A stretch of DNA of 64,000 nucleotides from NCBI RefSeq assembly GCF_000002075.1, contig NW_004797657.1:648728-712727 (forward strand), given 5' to 3'. The translations under genes and the position numbers were made by a program. Origin of the DNA: Aplysia californica (lineage: Eukaryota). Below are positions 60,516 to 64,000 of the stretch, in pieces. Position 1 is the first letter of the stretch; each line of letters opens with the position of its first letter. Below the pieces are notes generated by a model. The model saw nothing but the letters and a program-made list of their open reading frames with translations, searched no databases and had not been told where the DNA came from.

Positions 60516-60715
60516 CCTGCGAATCTGTCCCCATGGTTTTATGCACCCTGCATAATTTACCAAAATTTGATCATTTTTTGCATAATTTCTGATTATTTTC
60601 CTTTATCATTCTTTGTTAAAATTAACAGAATCGCTTAATTTCACATTTTTGGGCTCGTTTTGCATAATTTCAGAATTTTTCTTGCATAAAACGACGGGGA
60701 CAGGCATATTGCAGG
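60516..60715. mobile_element. Small MITE
   Basis: CCTGCGAATCTGTCCCCATGGTTTTATGCA matches the right-end reverse complement CCTGCAATATGCCTGTCCCCGTCGTTTTATGCA; internal TGCATAATTT occurs three times. Confidence 0.65.
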
Positions 60716-61097
60716 TGGTTTGAACACTGATAGGTACTGCTGCTTTTTTTTCCCTCTGTTGTTTCTGTCTGTGTGCAATATCTTACTCATTCGCTACACT
60801 AACTGAGTGTATCTGCGTTGATGTGTTCCTCTTTATTCGAGAAATAATGTTCACGTTTTTTTCATCTCCAGCTGTAATATTTTTCCACTTCTATTCACGT
60901 CCAATTGAACATAAAGAAGTGTGAAGGAATAGATTACACAGCAAAAAAAATATCTTACAATATTACATCTACATATATAGATGTTCGTGCATGTTATTCT
61001 TCCATTAAATTTTTTGGGGAGGGAAGGAGGGGGGGGATTATGTCTTCTTCCTGCCGGTGCACAGTGAGTTGCTCTATTTATTACCCTCCCACAGCCC

Positions 61098-61111
61098 ATA
61101 CACAAACACAA

Positions 61112-61175
<64 letters not shown>
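61098..61175. repeat. (CA)n microsatellite
   Basis: Directly visible. Confidence 0.95.
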
Positions 61176-61180
<5 letters not shown>

Positions 61181-61414
61181 GCCTAAAGGAGGCTACGTTC
61201 CAATGACCTCTCAGCTGGCTGTGTACATGCACAAACCCGGCATGGGGAAGTGGATGCTGGTGGCTTCCGATTATGTTATCTGTAGGAGATATGAGTAACT
61301 AAGTTTAACACTGCTTACAGGGTGTATATAAAAATAATGTTAGATTACCTAATTTTTCTCGTGACAGTAGTGATATTTATATGTATCTGAGGGTGCCATG
61401 TCTTTTTTTTTTTT

Positions 61415-61870
61415 TTTGGTAAGTGTTTTACGGCGCTCGCAACTGCATAAGGTCATACAAGTGCCCAGGACACATTAAACATTTTCAGGCCTACTCTTAT
61501 CGATTATGGATCAACAAGGAATCTTTAACGTGCACAACTTGCACACGGGACCTCTGAGATTTTGTGTCCTTGTCTGAGAAGGCTTGGTGTAGATCTTTCC
61601 TACCTTAAGATCAGGGGTGTGGCTGAAAGACAGCAGTAAGGAGCCAGGGAGTAGCAGTAGAAAGGCTGTAGAAAGAGCCAGGAGCCCAGAGGAGGGGCAA
61701 AGGAGGTGAGGGGGTGGGGGAAGAAAGTGGAGACGAGAGAAGACGACAGAACATTATTAGAGTGCAGGAAAGGATGTGAAAGAAGAAAATTTTCCGCCGC
61801 TATCCGGATTAGAATTTGGGACCTTTTGCATGAGAAGTGAACACCTTAACTTCTAGACCATGAGAGCCTC
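61415..61870 (-). mobile_element. tRNA-derived SINE with a Deu/Nin-like domain
   Basis: - strand tRNA-like head (CATGGTCTAGAAGTTAAGG...TTCTAATCC), GGTCCCGTGTG...GCACGTTAAAGA domain and tail ATGACCTTATGCAGTTGCGAGCGCCGTAAAAC. The same tail occurs on + at ~46375-46415 and partly at ~62100. Confidence 0.7.
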
Positions 61871-62631
61871 TGGGTGTCTTGTCTGAGGATAGGTTTTGGT
61901 TTTTGAATGTGTACATGCACGCCTGTAAGTGCTTGTATGTGTTTCTGTGTCCATATGACATAATGTGATTCATGTTTTGTGTACCAAAAAGTGGTTATTG
62001 CACATTGTAAATTTCTTGCTCATGGGAGAGGGGGAGGGTTGTTACATTATTACATTATCTTATCCATAGATTTGCATTATATTAGTTAGTTTTAGTAGAG
62101 GTTTTACGGCGTTCGCATGCGTAGGTGTTACTAGAGAGTAACAAACATAAAAAAGAAGAAGGGGAGATAAGCACGATTGATGTTTGATAGGAAAGAAGAA
62201 GCAACCCACACCAGTGCACCCGACAACCACCCACTCATATTATCCTGTTAAGTTTTGCACTCGGGCATAATTCTGGTTCACTATGGAGCGCACTGTTTGA
62301 CTTTACTCTATATGGAACCAATAAATGTAGAGCATGGTTGGAAAAGTTGTGAGTGCACTTGACAACAGAGAGATTGGTGTTTTGCCCCTCGTTTGCATGC
62401 CCATGCTGCGCACCACATTAGCGAAGTTTTCATAGAGAGCAAAGGATGGCAGCCATGACAGTGATTGGTCTGGGATATTATGATTCAAGTCTATGGTCAG
62501 CGTCCATGCAGTGAATGACACGTGTTGGCCTAATTATAATAGCTGATCTGGAAAAACACATCAGAACTTAACCAAAGTGATTACGTGATAAAGTCTAAGC
62601 CTGATTTTTTAAACGATAATTGGAATTGATA

Positions 62632-64000
62632 CAAGGGTCGTTCAAAAAGTTTTGCCTCTTCTCCAATAACTTCTAAACTATTTAAGATATTTTCATGAAA
62701 TTTGTACACAATTGACTTTAATATGTATACTCTCAAACCCCCAAAACAGAATTATGCTGTGATGTTACACATTTCTGCTATTGCTGTTTACATCATGGAA
62801 GCAAGGGTACATTGTCGACGAGAAAATGGCGTCCAGCAAACCTATGAATGTGCGCTTAAAGCAAAGAGCTGTTATTGAGTTCCTTACTGCAGAGGGAGCT
62901 GCACCCATCGATATTCATTATAGGCGAATGAAGCTTGTCTTTGGTGAAGCATTTGTAGGTGTAAGTACTGTTCGAAGATGGGCAAATGAGTTCGCTGAAA
63001 CCAGTTCAGCAGAGACGGATTTTCATGACCAAGCTCGTTGTGGTCGTCCCGACTCTGCCAGTTATGTTTAACACCAGGAGACAGTGGATGAGATCATCCA
63101 AGCACACCGGCGGATCAAAGTAAGAGATGTCAGTGAAATGCTTGGGATTTCTGTAGGGAGTGCTCAGTATATTATCCATGATGTGTTGGGTTACAGGAAA
63201 GTGTATGCACGGTGGGTTCCCCACATGTTTTCACCCGAGCTGAAATTGAACCGAAGTCAAGTTAGTGATGAACTCCTGGTTCGTTATAACCGATGAAGGT
63301 GAAGCTTTCTTACGCCGTACAGTCAGAGGGGACGAGACTTGGGTTCCCCATTATGACCCAGAGAACGAAAAACAATCGAAAGAATACAGGCACACTGACT
63401 CACCTAGCCCCAGGATGTTCAAAGTTGTTTCATCTGCAAAGAAAGTGCTTATGACAGTGTTTTGGGACTGTGATGGTCTGATTCATATGGAAATTTGGGA
63501 ACAGGGTTCCTACTATCAACTCAGAACGATATATTGAGACCCTGAATAAACTTACAGCTCGGCTGTCACAAGTTCGGCCCGGTAAAAGTGCAATTTTGCA
63601 CCACGACAACGCCCGTCCACACATGAGTCGACAAACTCAAGATGCCATGAAAAGTCTCAGATTTTAAGAGACCTTACCGCACAAATCATACAGTCCAGAC
63701 CTTGCTCGATCTGACTTTTATCTTTTTCCTAAGTTGAATTAGTACCTCAAAGGAAAACGTTATGCAGATGACGATGAAGTACAAGAAGATGTGCGTCTCT
63801 CGTTCAGAGGAAAACCACATGAATTTTTTGCCGACGGTATGCGACAACTTATTCTACGTTGGCGGATCTGCATCGACAAAGAAGACGACTATGTTGAAAA
63901 GTACAGCTACTGTCTTGTAGCAGGCATCCGAAGCTTTCATTTGGTGGATAACTTTTGTATATAGCATCAGTAATAAAGAAATTATGAACTTGGAGGCAAA
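62632..64000 (+). mobile_element. Mariner (DD34D) transposon, near full length, with a disrupted transposase (~62826-63900)
   Basis: TA|CAAGGGTCGTTCAAAAAGTTTTGCCTC 5' TIR; start of the 3' TIR (GAGGCAAA) at the window edge. Motifs QRAVIEFL, ARWVPHM, GDETW, HDNARPH, YSPDLARSD and YVEK; several frameshifts and stops. Confidence 0.95.

Overview
Eukaryotic, AT-rich, intron-rich animal DNA, most likely a mollusc (gastropod-like), inferred from the spiralian-type TALE gene and the SINE/TE types. There are three protein-coding genes. (1) A TALE-class homeobox gene on + (about 1147-5407; large acidic N-terminus, split homeodomain with NPYP loop and WFANKRNR helix 3) that resembles the spiralian-specific SPILE genes. 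(2) ERCC2/XPD on - (ATG 36251; 17 exons traced down to 14341). The exon equivalent to human exon 10 is absent, and the last ~205 codons are not in the window, so either the TALE gene is nested antisense in a >14 kb XPD intron or this XPD is truncated. (3) A complete 19-exon PEX6 on + (36750-58122, ~1155 aa), head-to-head with XPD across a ~0.5 kb promoter with tandem ETS sites. Introns and flanks hold many TE relics: Sola1, Tc1, mariner, a P-like element, piggyBac-like and other MITEs, RTE LINE ends and tRNA-derived SINEs. There are also micro/minisatellites, one built from repeated splice acceptors, and one 157-N assembly gap. All calls were made by eye; none is database-verified.
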